This document shows, piece by piece, positions 27,900 through 41,587 of a DNA stretch of 64,000 bases. The stretch comes from Octopus vulgaris (lineage: Eukaryota). The notes below the pieces were generated by a model. The model was given only the letters and a program-made list of their open reading frames with translations, was not told the origin of the DNA and searched no databases. Each line of letters opens with the position of its first letter. Position 1 is the first letter of the stretch. The DNA is taken from the NCBI GenBank assembly GCA_951406725.2, contig OX597823.1:115072001-115136000 (forward strand). The letters are read 5' to 3'. A program made the translations under genes and the position numbers.

Positions 27900-28620
27900 A
27901 TCTCTAGCACCTCTATAGCCGACATTCTGACTATGAGATCAAGTCCCACCAAACAGAACCCTTCTTATTACAACTTAGTTAAACCCAATTGCCGTAGACG
28001 TAGTTCATCATCGTGCCCTCGCTATTAATCACACCTCTGGTCCCCTATCCCGTACCCATTTACATCCCTCAACTTCACTCCACCATTCAACGAGCACTGC
28101 ATCCTGCGCAGATTCCATCTCCTATAAACCAGCCCTACAACCTCCCAAATGACTATATCATGGCCGATATTCTGGTCCACAGTTCCTTCACACCTCTCTT
28201 CATCCAGACAGGATCATTTTCCTGCTCTCGCTCCCATTATAACACCTTTCGCTTCGTCAACAACATCGCCACCCTACACTAGCCTGATTCCACATTTCAT
28301 GTTATGGAACACCGCCCAAAAATTCCATCTAGCGATGAAACGCCAGAGCCGTTATTTCCAGTAAATTAGCGAAGCCGGTTTTTTAGGTTAGCTGCTCATT
28401 TCAGAGAACATTTGTTGGATACTCTTTGAAGCAACACTGGATCACAAATGCATATCATCCATTATTTTAACACTGTAGGCAAATCTCGCTCACATCTCAT
28501 TGATTTTTTTGTCTCATACCACGAGCTACTTCCATCTTATTTCTTTGTCGGGAACAGCACTTAATACTCTACTTGAAAACAGTAACCTCGTTTGCGATAG
28601 ATAACCGATTGTCTTCTAAA
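27900..28620 (+). pseudogene. Penelope-like element ORF relic (linker plus GIY-YIG endonuclease)
   Basis: ADILVHSS...GSFSCSRSHYNTFRF (Cys-linker-like) and ISEAG..RLAAHFREHL (like YIGETGRRL..RFREHL). Confidence 0.7.
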
Positions 28621-29509
28621 CTTCTCCACAAACTCACTCACTGATAAACATCAGCACAAAAACTCCTTCGTACATGCACGCACACTCGCACTCACACACA
28701 CACACATAAACAAACAAATATACATACGCATCAGCAATCTCACTCGCACACTCCTTTCACTCTCCACGAACCCACGCACAAACACAAACACAAGCGTACT
28801 ATGATTTTTCACCCTTCACAATGTACACTTTTCACATTCATGCATTAAAAAGTTCGTTTCGTACAATACTTCTCACAATTTACATACGCAAAACAGAGAG
28901 AGAAATTGAGAGAGGGAGAGAGACAAACAGACAGACAGACAGAAGAAAGTGACAGAGAGAAAGGAGACTCAGAACTACTCAAACCTTCGAACGTACACAA
29001 ACACACACACGTATTCATATTTAACGGTCTCTATCATATGTCACACATTTACGGGCATATACCGCACATCTTGTAATACGAAACACAAATACTTTCATAC
29101 AAGCGTACACAACATACAAATTCTCCGTGCAGCTACTTCTGTGCGCTTCCACGTTAGCTCGCCATTTTGTTTGCTAAAACCTAATGAATTTACTTACTTT
29201 TTTGTCCAATGCTAATCACCATCTTAAACGAACCCAAATTTTTCATTTCGGGCATACACTTTTCTTGTCGAAATCGGTTTTTTCTTTCCTCTTACTCTTT
29301 CATCACTTTTGATAAACGACTAACTGTCCAAAACGTCGATATCTTTTCCTTTCCGTCGTAGCGCAATACATTGAGTTTCATTGATTTCCCGTTTCAGTTC
29401 GAGCTCCGCAACAATAGAAATGTACCACACTAGCGAGTGCAACAACAACAATAACAAGAATAATGCCATTTCGCACCAAAAAAATGGTTGTGGTGATAAT
29501 GATTATAAT

Positions 29510-29960
29510 GATGGGGTGGGATGGGAAGGGAGGGGATGGGAAGAGGAGGGGGGATCGATGGGGGTAGGATGGGATAGGAAGGAGGAGGAAGAATAAGGGA
29601 GGAGGGGAGAGATTGGGGATGGAGGATTGGGAAGGGGGAGTGGCGGATGAAAAAGAGGGGCGGGGAAGGAGGAGAGGTGGCGGGAATGAAGAGGGGAGGG
29701 GTGGAATGAAGAGGGGGAGGAAGAAATGAAGAGAGGAGGAAGAAGGGAATGAAGAGGGGACGAAGGAGAGAATGAAGAGGGGAGGGAAGAGGGAATGCAG
29801 AGGGGAGGGATGAGAGGAGCGATTGGTGGGAGGATTGGGGAGGGAGGGGAAGGATTGGGGGGATGGGGACTAGGAGAAGGGGAGAGGGGTGTAGAGTAGT
29901 GTAGAAGAAGGGAAAGGTGGGGAGAGAAAGAGAGAAGGAGGACGAGAAAGGGGATACGTA
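29510..29960. repeat. G/A-rich low-complexity purine tract
   Basis: Many GGG runs; strong strand asymmetry. Confidence 0.85.
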
Positions 29961-30734
29961 GGGGAATGATATAGATGATGGCGGTTGTCGTCCTCATTTT
30001 GCCAATAAGAGCCGCATGCCTGATTGTTTCACTTTTCTTTTATTATTATTATTATTTAACCAATAACTAGTTAACCATTTAACTAACTGATTACTTGATT
30101 AATCATTCGATCGATCAACTAATCAATCAGATAGTTTGTTAGAGTCCTTACGATGTCATTTGTGACCTCGTCAATGACATGCCTCGTTCCTCTTGGTACA
30201 GCAGCTGTACCTTTGTTTGAAGTTATTTCTATTGAATTATTTACTGTACTGAGGATGAAGAAAGGAATGTTTATTGATTAAATCTAGTCAGTAGCTTTGT
30301 TAGACACAACATTTAAGGAGGACTGCATCAATTAGATAATATGTATGTCTTGTTTTTATTTAGGTACGGATGAGTCGAGGGTATGTAGGACGTTGCCTTT
30401 GAATCGCATTGAATCAGTTATTGTGATGGGTTGCCGCAAGTTCCGAACATTGCTGTATATGACGGCAGGTTAGGGAATTCTTTATTGATATCATTCATCA
30501 AAATTCTAAGTGGATCGCAGGGTGCTATATTAATGAGTTTTTCATTAGGTTTGCTACTTAGTTTGTGTTTGTTTGTGGTTAGGTTGAGATGCGGGAGACA
30601 TATACAACATTTACGATATCTAAAAATATGTAGGCTATTCATGAGATAATGAGAATTATTCTGAAGGCGAAATCATACTATGAGAGGTGCTAAGTTGGTC
30701 TCTCCGAAATCTCTCTTTATGTGTGTGTGTGTGT

Positions 30735-30776
<42 letters not shown>

Positions 30777-30837
30777 GTCTGTGCGTGCGCATGTATGTGT
30801 GTATGTGTGTGTAGATACATATATACATACATAGATA

Positions 30838-31020
30838 TTCTTTTATTATTTCACTTGTTTGAGTCATTTGACAGCAACCATGCTGGAGCACCACCTTTTG
30901 TCGAACAAATCGACCCCAAAACTTATTCTTTGTAAGCCTAGTACTTTTTCTATCGGGGACATAAGCACACTAGCATCGGTTGTCAAGCAATGTTGGTGTG
31001 TGGACAAACACAGACACACA

Positions 31021-31078
<58 letters not shown>

Positions 31079-31239
31079 TACGACGGGCTTCTTACAGTTT
31101 CTATCTACCAAATCCACTCACAAGGCTTTGGTCGGCCCGAGGCTATAGTAGAAGACACATGACCAAGGAGCCACGCAGTGGAACTGAACCCGGGACCATG
31201 TGGTTGGTAAGCAAGCAACTTACCACACAGCCACTCCTG
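30838..31239 (-). mobile_element. SINE family A with internal deletion
   Basis: Consensus match. Confidence 0.9.
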
Positions 31240-31349
31240 TTCCTTAATAGCAATAATTATAACGATAGATAATATGGAGACTGCTACGTCCTCAAAATTT
31301 ATTTCCTTTCATTTCACAATTTCATACAGCATATTTTTATGGTTCCGGC

Positions 31350-31431
31350 GACCTACACGTGTTTCCCCTCAAACCAAGGGCAGTTGCATATACAACCGAA
31401 CATAATTTTCTATGCAGCCTCGTTCAGGGTC
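31350..31431 (-). ncRNA. Hammerhead-like motif with a 1-nt core insertion and branched stem II
   Basis: gacc CTGAACGA g gctgcata...tatgcaac tg ccct tggtttg aggg GAAA cacgtg TA ggtc. Confidence 0.55.
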
Positions 31432-31925
31432 TTTCAACCAGTTTGGCTCGAAGTGAAATAAGTTTGAGGATGTACCAGTTTCCATATTCTTTAACTTTAT
31501 AGTTATTGCAAATATACACTTCAGATAATAATATCACCCAGTGTAGCAAACACAGAATTACCCATCAGAGGAATTTACAGCGTGAGTGACAACTCCTAGA
31601 AGTCATAGACGTTAAATACTGATCGATGCAGTTAGCTGTAACCTGGAGCATAACTGAGAACCATCATGGTATCCGCCCGGATAATATATACCTCTAAACT
31701 CACATCTGGTTTTTTAATAATTTTTAACGGTATCTTATATTATATTATATTATATTCATAGTATGTTATGTTATATTATAATATAAATAAATTGAATCCC
31801 TCAATTTAATTGTATTGTTTGTAATTTGCATTATACCCTTAGTTATGTAGTATTCAACTGACATACCAGTCAACTGAATGTTTTACACACCGCTTTGAAG
31901 GAATTTCCTTCCTTAGTTTGTTACT

Positions 31926-31974
<49 letters not shown>

Positions 31975-32037
31975 ATTTTAGGTATAATTATACTAATTTG
32001 TCCATCTGTTCTAATTTAAATAAATTCTATGTCTTTG

Positions 32038-32124
32038 TGCAGCTGAAGATTGTTCTACATTTTAAACTGACGTAATGATTGCATTGTTCAATTAAATGGA
32101 GTTGCATGAAACGATCGTACTGCA
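32038..32124 (+). ncRNA. Type-I hammerhead ribozyme motif, canonical core
   Basis: tgcag CTGAAGA [58-nt stem II region] GAAA cgatcg TA ctgca: perfect 5-bp stem I, palindromic stem III. Confidence 0.75.
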
Positions 32125-32267
32125 TTACCTCTGAATATCCTTGTTGCTTATTTTGATTTTAATCACCTTACTTTGAAATTGTATGGATAATACCGTACTA
32201 AATTCTGGTGCCTCAACTTAAGTACCATATTAATCTGAATCTCTCTCTCTCTCTCTCTTTCACTCTG

Positions 32268-32302
<35 letters not shown>

Positions 32303-32367
32303 TTGTGTGTGTGTATGTGTGTGTGTGTGTAGAAAATGCTAAAATAATTTTATCATGAAGAATATTT

Positions 32368-32403
32368 TAGTACCGGTTTCAGGCTTTGGGACTTTTTCAA
32401 CTT
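32368..32403 (-). ncRNA. Degenerate hammerhead motif, U3-A8 variant
   Basis: ag TTGAAAA agtc ccaaa gcct GAAA ccgg TA ct. Confidence 0.5.
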
Positions 32404-32546
32404 ATAGTAAAGCATGAAAAGCAATTAAACGGTGGAAAAAAATTAAATTAAATGTTTGTTTTTGAATATTTCCATAGTTTTTAAATGCAACGGGCATTTT
32501 CCTTTTTTCTGTCTGTCTCTGTCTCCCTTTTGTGCGCATGAGTAAA

Positions 32547-32666
<120 letters not shown>

Positions 32667-33647
32667 AGCCAACTTACCGTCTCTATATATGTACATATCT
32701 AATGTAGCAAATTTCTTTTTAAGTATGAGGCGACTTCTGCTTGAGTTAAATGTTAAATGGCTTACAAGCATTTTTGTTGTGGTTGTTGCTGTTGTTTTCT
32801 CTACTTGACCACTTGCTGAGTTAAGAGGAAGTGGTGGAGCTCATGACCCTTGCAGGCCCTCTGAGAATAATGATATAAGGCTTAAACTGTTACAGATCAA
32901 CACTTGCAGAAAGACATGAGCGTGAAGGAGATTGCTGTGGGGCCAATGTTCTGGCTGTGTAAGACTGGGAAGTATCATTAATGCGAGAATGGGATGTGAA
33001 ATAGACGCACCAAGAGACAAGTGAGTTAGGGGTGTCTGTGTGGTGGAGGTAAGAGACCAGCCAACTCTGGGGAGCGGAGACCATTATAGTCGTCACGATA
33101 TAATGGACGGAAAGAGAAGACAGCTTGTCTGTAAACCAGAGGGCGGAGTGTTGGCCGTTAATGATGAAATGCGAACCATCAGAGTAGCCCCTTTCTGGAT
33201 GCAATCCATGATGTGTGTATGCATTAGTAGTAGCACTATTTCCAAATAGAGCAGAACTCCATTGTAGACTTCAGTCGAATTTTGTTGAATTCCGGCTGAC
33301 GCTGGGAGGCGATATATGTTCTGGCCATAAAGACAGGGGTTGATCTTTGGGATGCTGTCCTAACTGTACCAATGAGAGAGCCTCAGTGATAGTATTTCGA
33401 GAAACTGCGACGACCCACTAAGCGCTGATTATGTTCAAAAGGTTGTGTGATACAGTGGTGGTTTCTTGACTGGAATTGTGATCGAAGGTAATATCTATAA
33501 AATTTGCAATAGATTGGTGGTGATGGTCATTTTAGGACAACATTATGGAGAATATTAATTAGATCTCTTCTAAAAATTGATAAAATAAGCAAATGATTTT
33601 TCCCTTCATCAATATTTACATGGCAGAATTATACGTCAAATAAGCAA

Positions 33648-34035
33648 ATGCAATCATTCATCAACAGATGCTTGCGTAGTATACTTAAAATTAGATGGCC
33701 CGGATACATAAGCAATATGGAGCTATGGCAAAGAACGAATGAAGTTTCGATTAGGGAGCAAATAGTTAAGGAAAAGAGGAAGTGGATTGGTAGCACAATT
33801 AGAAAAGATACACCAAATGTAGTGAAAAGTGCTTTAAAGTGGAAACCGGTTGGATATAGAAGGAGAGGTAGGCCTAAGAACTCGTGGTGGGTATCAACAC
33901 AAAAGGAACTAGAGAAAGAGGGACATTCAAGGCAGAGTATAAGTACACATGCGAAAAATTATGCAACATGGAATTCAACTATAAGTGGCCTATACTCCGC
34001 GTTGGAGGGTTAAAGGCAGAAGAAAAGAAAAGAAT
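33648..34035 (+). mobile_element. 5'-truncated RTE-clade LINE 3' end
   Basis: ORF QSFINRCLRSILKIRWP..ISN.ELW.RT...KWIG..RK...ALKWKP.G.RRRGRPKNSW; short GAAAA tail. Confidence 0.88.
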
Positions 34036-34329
34036 ATATTAATTGGAGAACGATAGAAAAAAATACATCCGACATTTAGTTGCCCGACTTCTGAGCTCAA
34101 ACTTCGACGGAACTGATATTACCGCCTCATCCCTGTTTTTATGCCGCCGAGCTCAGTAAAATGTGTGCCAATCTTATACTGAAATCATTTCAATCGACTA
34201 TATTCCATGCTCTTCGTATATATTTGCGGTCTTGTGTCAATGTTAGAGATTAATATTGCCGTATATTGTTGTTGTTATCGTCGTCGTTGCTATTGTTGAT
34301 GTTGTTGTTGTAGTTGTAGTTGTTGTTGC

Positions 34330-34699
34330 TGTTGCTGTTGAGCGTAGCGGTCTTCGTCCCAGAGTGGGAGAAGTCCGATACGTGGTCCTTTGCTATTTGT
34401 AAGACCCGCAGAAGAGAAAGCAGGTCAACCCCCGACACCGAGAGCATCGACGGATGGGTGAATGCGCATCCAGGCTCAGCGGTTGCGTAGGAAGTCGGGG
34501 ACGAGAAACAGGAAGAAAGAGTGAGAGAAAGTTGGAGCGAAAGAGTACAACAGGGGTCGCCACCACCCCCTACCGGAGCCTCGCTGAGCTGTAAGTGTTT
34601 TCGCCCAATAAACACACACATCGCCCGGTCTGGGAATCGAAACCGCGATCCTCCGACCGCGAGTCCGTTGCCCTAACCATTGGGCCATTGAGCCTCCAC
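34330..34699 (-). mobile_element. SINE family C (body type 3, (CAA/CAG)n tail)
   Basis: Same tRNA head and actttctctcactctttc linker, different 3' half. Confidence 0.88.
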
Positions 34700-34708
34700 T
34701 GTTGTTGC

Positions 34709-34746
<38 letters not shown>

Positions 34747-35135
34747 TTGGCTTTGTCTGTATGTGAGCCACTCCTGGTGGATTTTACAATAACATATTCT
34801 GTTTCTATCAGACGACATCACATAGCTTTGATCTTGTTACTTCAAGGAGTGTTCTAACTACTTTTACAATCTCGAATCTCTTTGTGATCATTCGACCTGC
34901 ATGAAATAACAACCAAATCTCTTTCAAATCCCATCTCACCGTTTTAGAAAGGAATACGCTGGATAATGTAGTCCTTAAGTTCTCTGAAAACATCGAGATG
35001 GTCGCGACTGGTTCACGTCCAAAATAGCTGACCTGGAGTTACAACTTAACACAACGTATTGTTTTTACATCAACCAACCACTTCCATACAATATCACTTT
35101 CAGTGCCACAACTCCTCCCTAGTAATGTTATGCTT

Positions 35136-35552
35136 GGATCTTTTCGGTTTGAACGGCAGTTTTTCCTAGCGGTGTCATATGAAATTGTCACCCATAATTA
35201 TGACCCTAGTATCGATCTATTGCATTTCTATCTGTTTTAGGGTTAGGGTTAGGGGTGGGGGGAAGGGTATCTCTTTTTCTTCACAAATGTAAATAAACCC
35301 AATCTGTTTCTTAAACGAGGGACATATTCATACGGCACAGAATGTTTTTTAACTCAATGGACGTCAGTGATTGGTTGAAATTGCAGAAATTGAAGAAAAA
35401 AAACAACAAATATCTTACAAACTATAGAATTTTCTCAATAAAGCCAAGAGAAAAAGATGTTTTATAAACACATTCTAGCAGTATACAAAGTTTAAAATTT
35501 TTTACTTACCTAGAAATTATGTTAAAAACTGCCGTTCAAACCGAAATGATCC
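35136..35552 (+). mobile_element. MITE with ~28-bp TIRs, 8-bp TSD and internal (TTAGGG)3; Merlin-like
   Basis: TIR ggatcttttcggtttgaacggcagtttt; TSD ttatgctt at 35128-35135 and 35553-35560. Confidence 0.92.
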
Positions 35553-36362
35553 TTATGCTTACCAACCGCGACATAACACTACACTATGACTCTACAATGT
35601 CATAAACTTCTGACCACCACTTAAGACCACTACCAATACTATTACTATTCTACACAACCACCGCAACATCAGATGTCACCATTTCTACTCTCCCTTTCGC
35701 CTCACTTTATCTCTTCTTTCTCCCCTACTTCTTCTTCTCCTTCTTCTCTTTGGCACCCATTACCCCTAACATTTCCAGGCATTCGATCTGTAAAGTTTAA
35801 GCTCTTAACTAAGAGTACACAGGAAATCTCTTCACTTTATGATGTCTGACGTTTCATTTGAGAACGGTGTCGTCCGAGAGAAATTCTACATCGTTCACAC
35901 AACAGAAACGTGTCAAATGCTGCCATCTTGGTTTCTTTTCTATTATGTTCCTCCTCCCACCACTACCACCACTTCCCTGACGTCACTTCAGCTTCATCAT
36001 TCTCACACGAAAGGAATAATTTCCTCTATGAATGCTTTGTGTTTGCTTTTATTAGATATAAGTTATTCCTCGGGGATGGGGCAGGGTGGAAAGGTGTACT
36101 GGAGAGGAAACTAGGTCACTGGACTCTCCATGTCAATCATATAAGTAGCCGAAGAATTTTATAGCTTCCTATAAATGTTTCTCAGTAGAATGGCTGATAC
36201 TTAATTCATCATGTAGACACAGAGAGGGAGAGAGAGAGAGAGAGAGAGATAAAGGGAGAGAAAGAGAGAGCGAGATCGAGATTGAATGGGAGACAGATGC
36301 ACCCAAACGTACATGTATCTGTGTGTGTAAGCCAGCATATGCATACATATGCACATACAGAT

Positions 36363-36453
<91 letters not shown>

Positions 36454-36462
36454 GTGTATATG

Positions 36463-36513
<51 letters not shown>

Positions 36514-36622
36514 GTATTTACTTATGAATGACTGCATGTATGCATGCATGCATGTATGTTTGTATGTATATATGTACGTATGTATGTATGCATGTGTGTA
36601 TGTATGTATGTATGTATGTATG

Positions 36623-36654
<32 letters not shown>

Positions 36655-36824
36655 TGTATGTATGTATGTATATGCATGTATGTATGCATGCGTGTATGTA
36701 TGTGTGTGTATCCACGCATCAATATACGTTGTATATTAAAATAATTACTCTTAACAAAACAGCCGTTTTCTTTGTTTAGGATTCATTTAATAATACTCTC
36801 AGGAACAAAATTCTTCACACAGTG

Positions 36825-36862
<38 letters not shown>

Positions 36863-37151
36863 TCCGCGAGAACACCAGCATATACACCTACCATTACAAA
36901 CATTACTGAATCGAACTTTTGCTTATCGTTTGTGATTTAAACACCTTAAAACATTCGTTTTTCTCTTTCTTTTGTATAAATATATAAATGTTATAATCTG
37001 ATACAATCCCAGTTGTTTGCCTGCCTATCCTTTTATATTATTAATCAGACATACGTAAATACACACATACATGCATACATACACGCACACATATATACAT
37101 AGACACATACACACACATAGATGCATACATACATATAATAACGCTACATGT

Positions 37152-37252
<101 letters not shown>

Positions 37253-37393
37253 GTACAAACTCGTATTTATACACGAAAGAAGTGACCTTTGACAGGACAA
37301 ACCAAAGCCACGAATAAGCAATTTCAAAGAGAATGAAAATAAAAATATTTTTATGGTTAACCCCAAACTCGAGTTTCTGTATTAATGAGCAAA

Positions 37394-37442
<49 letters not shown>

Positions 37443-37692
37443 CGAAATACGCAATGAGTCGAAAAAGGGGCAGCTGAAGAAAGGGAATGTTTCTTGTGTT
37501 GTTGTCTGGTACTCTGTTTTTTCGTTGTTAAAAAAAGTCCGTTTCCTTGTTTTGTTTTTATGTTTTCGTTTCTCGTTGTGTTCTACGTTTTTTTTTTTTT
37601 GTGGTGTCCTGTACCCATATATATACACATAGATGTATATATATACATATATGTATGTATGTATGTATGCATATGTTTTATTTATTAATTGT

Positions 37693-37746
<54 letters not shown>

Positions 37747-37924
37747 GTACGTACGTATCTATGTATGCATGTATGTATGTATCTATGCATGTATGTATGT
37801 ATGTATGTATGTATGTATGTATCCTTAAATCCTTAAAAATGTCTTAGCCCGAAGGCCGCGGCCATGCTGGGGCACCACCGCTGTAAAAAAAAAATGTAGT
37901 AAATATTTATATATGGTAGTTGTC

Positions 37925-38150
37925 TACACCTTATGCAGAGTCTGACCACTTCCTGTCCTTACACCTTTGACTCATCATTGCGTCTGATGTGACTTTTTAA
38001 ACCAGACAATATTTTGAAAGCAGGCCCACATAGACTGCATTGCTGATTTTGACACCCCAGAGCTGCAGTTAAGTTCTGATCTTTTTTATTTTTGTTTTCT
38101 TTGAAATTACTTTTATTCGTAGTTTGAGTTTTGACTGCCCTTTCTAGCAT
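37925..38150 (-). mobile_element. LINE (RTE-like) 3' end with C2H2-type finger
   Basis: CSLCGPAFKILSGLKSHIRRN, then a short 3' UTR shared with the copy at 38784. Confidence 0.65.
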
Positions 38151-38316
38151 TTAAGGTGTCCTGTGAAAGATCACCTCCTTAGTGTATAAATACTTAATCG
38201 TTTGTACACTATTATATATGAAAATATGCTGTCTATTGACATTATTACGCATGTTAGCCACCAGTATGAAAATGTAATTAAATTTTCTACCCTTATATAT
38301 ATACCTTTATTATATA

Positions 38317-38703
38317 CTAGCAGTATCGCCCGGCGTTGCTCGGGTTTGTAAGGGAAATAACAATATAAGCATTTTTAGAGAGTTATAGCCAAAAAATAGC
38401 AAAAGAATGCATTAAAAATGGAAAATAAATGATGGTAAATTTTTTTTTTAAATCGTTGACTCATCGTAGACATTTTTAGAGAGTTACTTCCCTTATATAA
38501 TAGCGAAAAAAATGCATTAAAATGGAAAAAAATTATGGTAATTTTTTTTTTTATCGTAGACTCATCGTAGACGCGCGCTAATACCCAGAAGGGCTCGATA
38601 TGAATCACGACTATAAGATACCCGGTTTTGGTTAAACTGTGGGAGTAGTTAGGAATCTAAATCGTTGGAGCCAGATACACAACTTCTCTTTTATATATAA
38701 AGA
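38317..38703 (-). mobile_element. Non-autonomous Helitron
   Basis: Minus strand starts TC(tttatatataa) and ends with hairpin cccgagcaacgccggg plus CTAG, inserted between A and T; two internal ~100-bp repeats. Confidence 0.85.
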
Positions 38704-38712
38704 TATATATAC

Positions 38713-38782
<70 letters not shown>

Positions 38783-38783
38783 T

Positions 38784-38995
38784 CCTTATGCAGAGTCTGA
38801 CCACTTCTTGTACTTACAACTTGGATCCATCATGACGTCTCACGTGGCTTTTTAAACCAGGTATTGTATTGAAAACACATCCACATAGATTGCATACATG
38901 ATCTGGACCCCACAAGAGCTGCAGTTAAGTTCTGATCTTTGTGGACCTTAATATGCCTTTTGAAGCCCCTATTAGATTTGCAGGCCTTATGACAT
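38784..38995 (-). mobile_element. Second LINE 3' end with two C2H2-like fingers
   Basis: VCHKACKSNRGFKRHIKVH and CNLCGCVFNTIPGLKSHVRRH; paralogous to 37925-38085. Confidence 0.65.
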
Positions 38996-39569
38996 ACACG
39001 CCACATATATATTCACACACACGCACGCGCGCACACACACGCACGCGCGCACATGTATGTATGTATGTATGTATGTATGTATGCATGTATGTATGTATGT
39101 ATGTGTGTATGTATATGTTTACACAACATTGGATCCAGTGTAGAATTGAAAGACATTCGAACTCACATACACACATTCATGTAAAGGGTAAACATTACGT
39201 AATTTTCTCGGTTTCTGTTCTTTGTCCCAAATTCTATCCTCTCAATATCTGACCAATAGAATAACTCTTTTAGAAAGCTTTCAAACAACCCAACCATTCT
39301 TCTTCCTTCACCAGTAAACAGAGCAAGCCATTTACCATTCCTTTCTACCCTCCGATTCTCTGCTAATAGAAATGGTCGCTTTCATTTTAACAAGAATTCT
39401 TCTCCGTTATTTTGTTTGTGTTTTTTGTCTCTCTTTTATTTTTCCATTTTTTGTTCCTTGAACAAGATTCTTCTCTGACGACACATAAAAATATATACAT
39501 ACAGATACCCGTAGATGAGCAGAGAGAGAGAGAGACAGACAGACAGAGACACAGAGAGAGAGAGAGAGA

Positions 39570-40125
39570 GAAGAAGAAGGAGAAGAAGAAGAAGAGAAGA
39601 AGAAGAAGAAGAAGAAGGAGAAGGAGGAGGAGGAGAGAAGAGAAGAGAAGAAGAAGAAGAAGATGATGATGAAGAAGAAGAAGAAGAAGAAGGAGAAGAA
39701 GAAGAAGAAGATGAAGAAGAAGAAGAAGAAGAAGAAGATGAAGAAGAAGAAGAAGAAGAAGAAGAAGAAGAAGGAGAAGAAGAAGAAGAAGAAGAAGAAG
39801 AAGATGAAGAAGAAGAAGAAGAAGAAGAAGATGAAGAAGAAGAAGAAGAAGAAGAAGAAGAAGGAGAAGAAGAAGAAGAAGAAGAAGAAGAAGAAGAGAA
39901 GGAGGAGGAGGAGAGAAGAGAAGAGAAGAAGAAGAAGAAGAAGATGATGATGAAGAAGAAGAAGAAGAAGGAGAAGAAGAAGGAGAAGTAGAACATGAAG
40001 AAGAAGAAGAAGAAGAAGAAGAAGATGATGAAGATGAAGAAGAAGAAGAAGGAGAAGAAGAAGAAGAAGAAGAAGAAGAAGAAGAAGGAGAAGAAGAAGA
40101 AGAAGAAGAAGAAGAAGAAGAAGAC
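39570..40125. repeat. (GAA)n tract with GAT/GGA interruptions
   Basis: Seen directly. Confidence 0.95.
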
Positions 40126-40408
40126 GCTACCATTAATATATCCCAATTGTAAGTAAAGCGTATGAATCTGATGGAGTGAGTCGATATATAGGTCTGTCTT
40201 ATCGACTGGATTTATTGAACTGTTTCAGTGATTGGTTTTATGATACTTCTATATCAACAGAATACATTGTTACTGCAGCTGGATTCACCTATCGATTACA
40301 TCCAGACTACTCAGTGTCTCGGGGATCATCTGTTGTAAACATACGCTATGATCTACTCCAGTATTCGGATTAAGTGCTCCATTATAATCAATGACTAGAA
40401 TCCCTTAC

Positions 40409-40735
40409 AGTGACTGAATTTATTGATCTGTCGTAACCATGGACTACCATCTGCTGCATTGACTGGATTTGTCGATCTGTGATAACCATTGACTGTAATC
40501 TGTTACAGTGACTGGATGAATCGATCTGTCGTATCCATAAAGCACATTCTGATACAGTGACTGGATGCATCGATCTGTTGTATCCACAAAACACATTTTG
40601 ATGCAGTGATTGGATGTATCGATCTGTTATGTGACAGACTCTACATCCTCTTATGGTAACTGATTATATCGATCTATTATAAACGCTGACTGCTTTCCGA
40701 TACGCTAATTGGAAACATTGATCTGTTGTAATCAA
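40409..40735. repeat. Diverged 49-bp minisatellite (~7 units)
   Basis: gtgactggat..atcgatctgt recurs at ~40409, 40458, 40507, 40556, 40605, 40654 and 40704. Confidence 0.8.
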
Positions 40736-41128
40736 AAATTCTGTTGCTAGAGTGCTTCCATACATTCAAACGCGTTACGTTTACATCGTCGTAAGTTGGG
40801 ATTTTCAAGTAATAATTTTTTCTTCTAATATCACACAATCCCTGGAATTTGGGGGTAGGGAGCTAGTCGATTACATCCATCCCCGTGCTTAATTAGTTTT
40901 AATTTTAACGACCCCGAAGGGGATTAAAGGCAATTTTGGCCCCGGTGGAATTTGAACTCAGAGCATAAAGATTTTGAAGAAATGCGCTAAGCATTTTGTC
41001 CAGAACAATTCACGAATGGAATGCCCTAGACAGAACAATCCAGAAATATCTAGAATAATCTAGAACTGTGAAACAGTTAAGTAGACTCCATTACGCTCCA
41101 CAGCAATTGAGAACATTCCAGAACAGAA

Positions 41129-41166
<38 letters not shown>

Positions 41167-41169
41167 ATA

Positions 41170-41276
41170 TAAATAAAAAAACATAAAAATAAACACGCTT
41201 TTGGCGGTTTTATAGAAATTTCAAAATTATGATGTCATGATGTTAGGTGTTTCCATTATTTTGTCCAACCCCTGTG
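41170..41276 (-). mobile_element. Tc1 terminal segment, inverted relative to 41793-41900
   Basis: Reverse complement reads caggggttggacaaaataatggaaacacctaacatca... Confidence 0.88.
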
Positions 41277-41495
41277 TGTGTATATATATATATATATATA
41301 TACTAAGTAATTAAGGGTTTAGCAACGAATTGCCTCACCAACACACCGAACTTAGAAATAGCAGTCAAAGAGATATAGCTATTCTTTCTACTAAAAGGGG
41401 GGATCTCAGTAAAAACACAGCACTTAAAAGGCAAACACAGACAGGTAAGAAAGAAAGAATGAAATGACGGCAATCCATCATGCAATTTTAAGTTA

Positions 41496-41587
41496 CCTAC
41501 GGACGTACGTTTCGAGATCAAGTTTTAGGATATCATAAGAATTAGAAAATTCTACTTTACCCAGACTTCTTCTCTCATCGGCGCAGG
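41496..41587 (-). ncRNA. Type-I hammerhead motif, CCGAUGA variant
   Basis: cctgcg CCGATGA gaga...tctc GAAA cgtacg TC cgtagg: 6-bp stem I, palindromic stem III, GUC site. Confidence 0.75.

Noticed and set aside
29150-29175. Gene start at aaaatggcg on the minus strand
   Set aside because: The ATG is followed by a stop after three codons; a lone YY1-like motif is not sufficient evidence.
35237-35254. Telomere or chromosome-fusion scar
   Set aside because: Only 3-4 units, located inside a MITE present twice.
35855-35919. Additional hammerhead candidate (ttgagaa...gaaacgtgtc)
   Set aside because: Stems I and II cannot both be formed convincingly.
39387-40146. Poly-Glu/Lys/Ser ORFs
   Set aside because: Artefact of the (GAA)n tract.
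40409-40735. CRISPR-like repeat/spacer appearance
   Set aside because: The repeats are degenerate, some spacers resemble each other, the context is eukaryotic and there are no cas genes.
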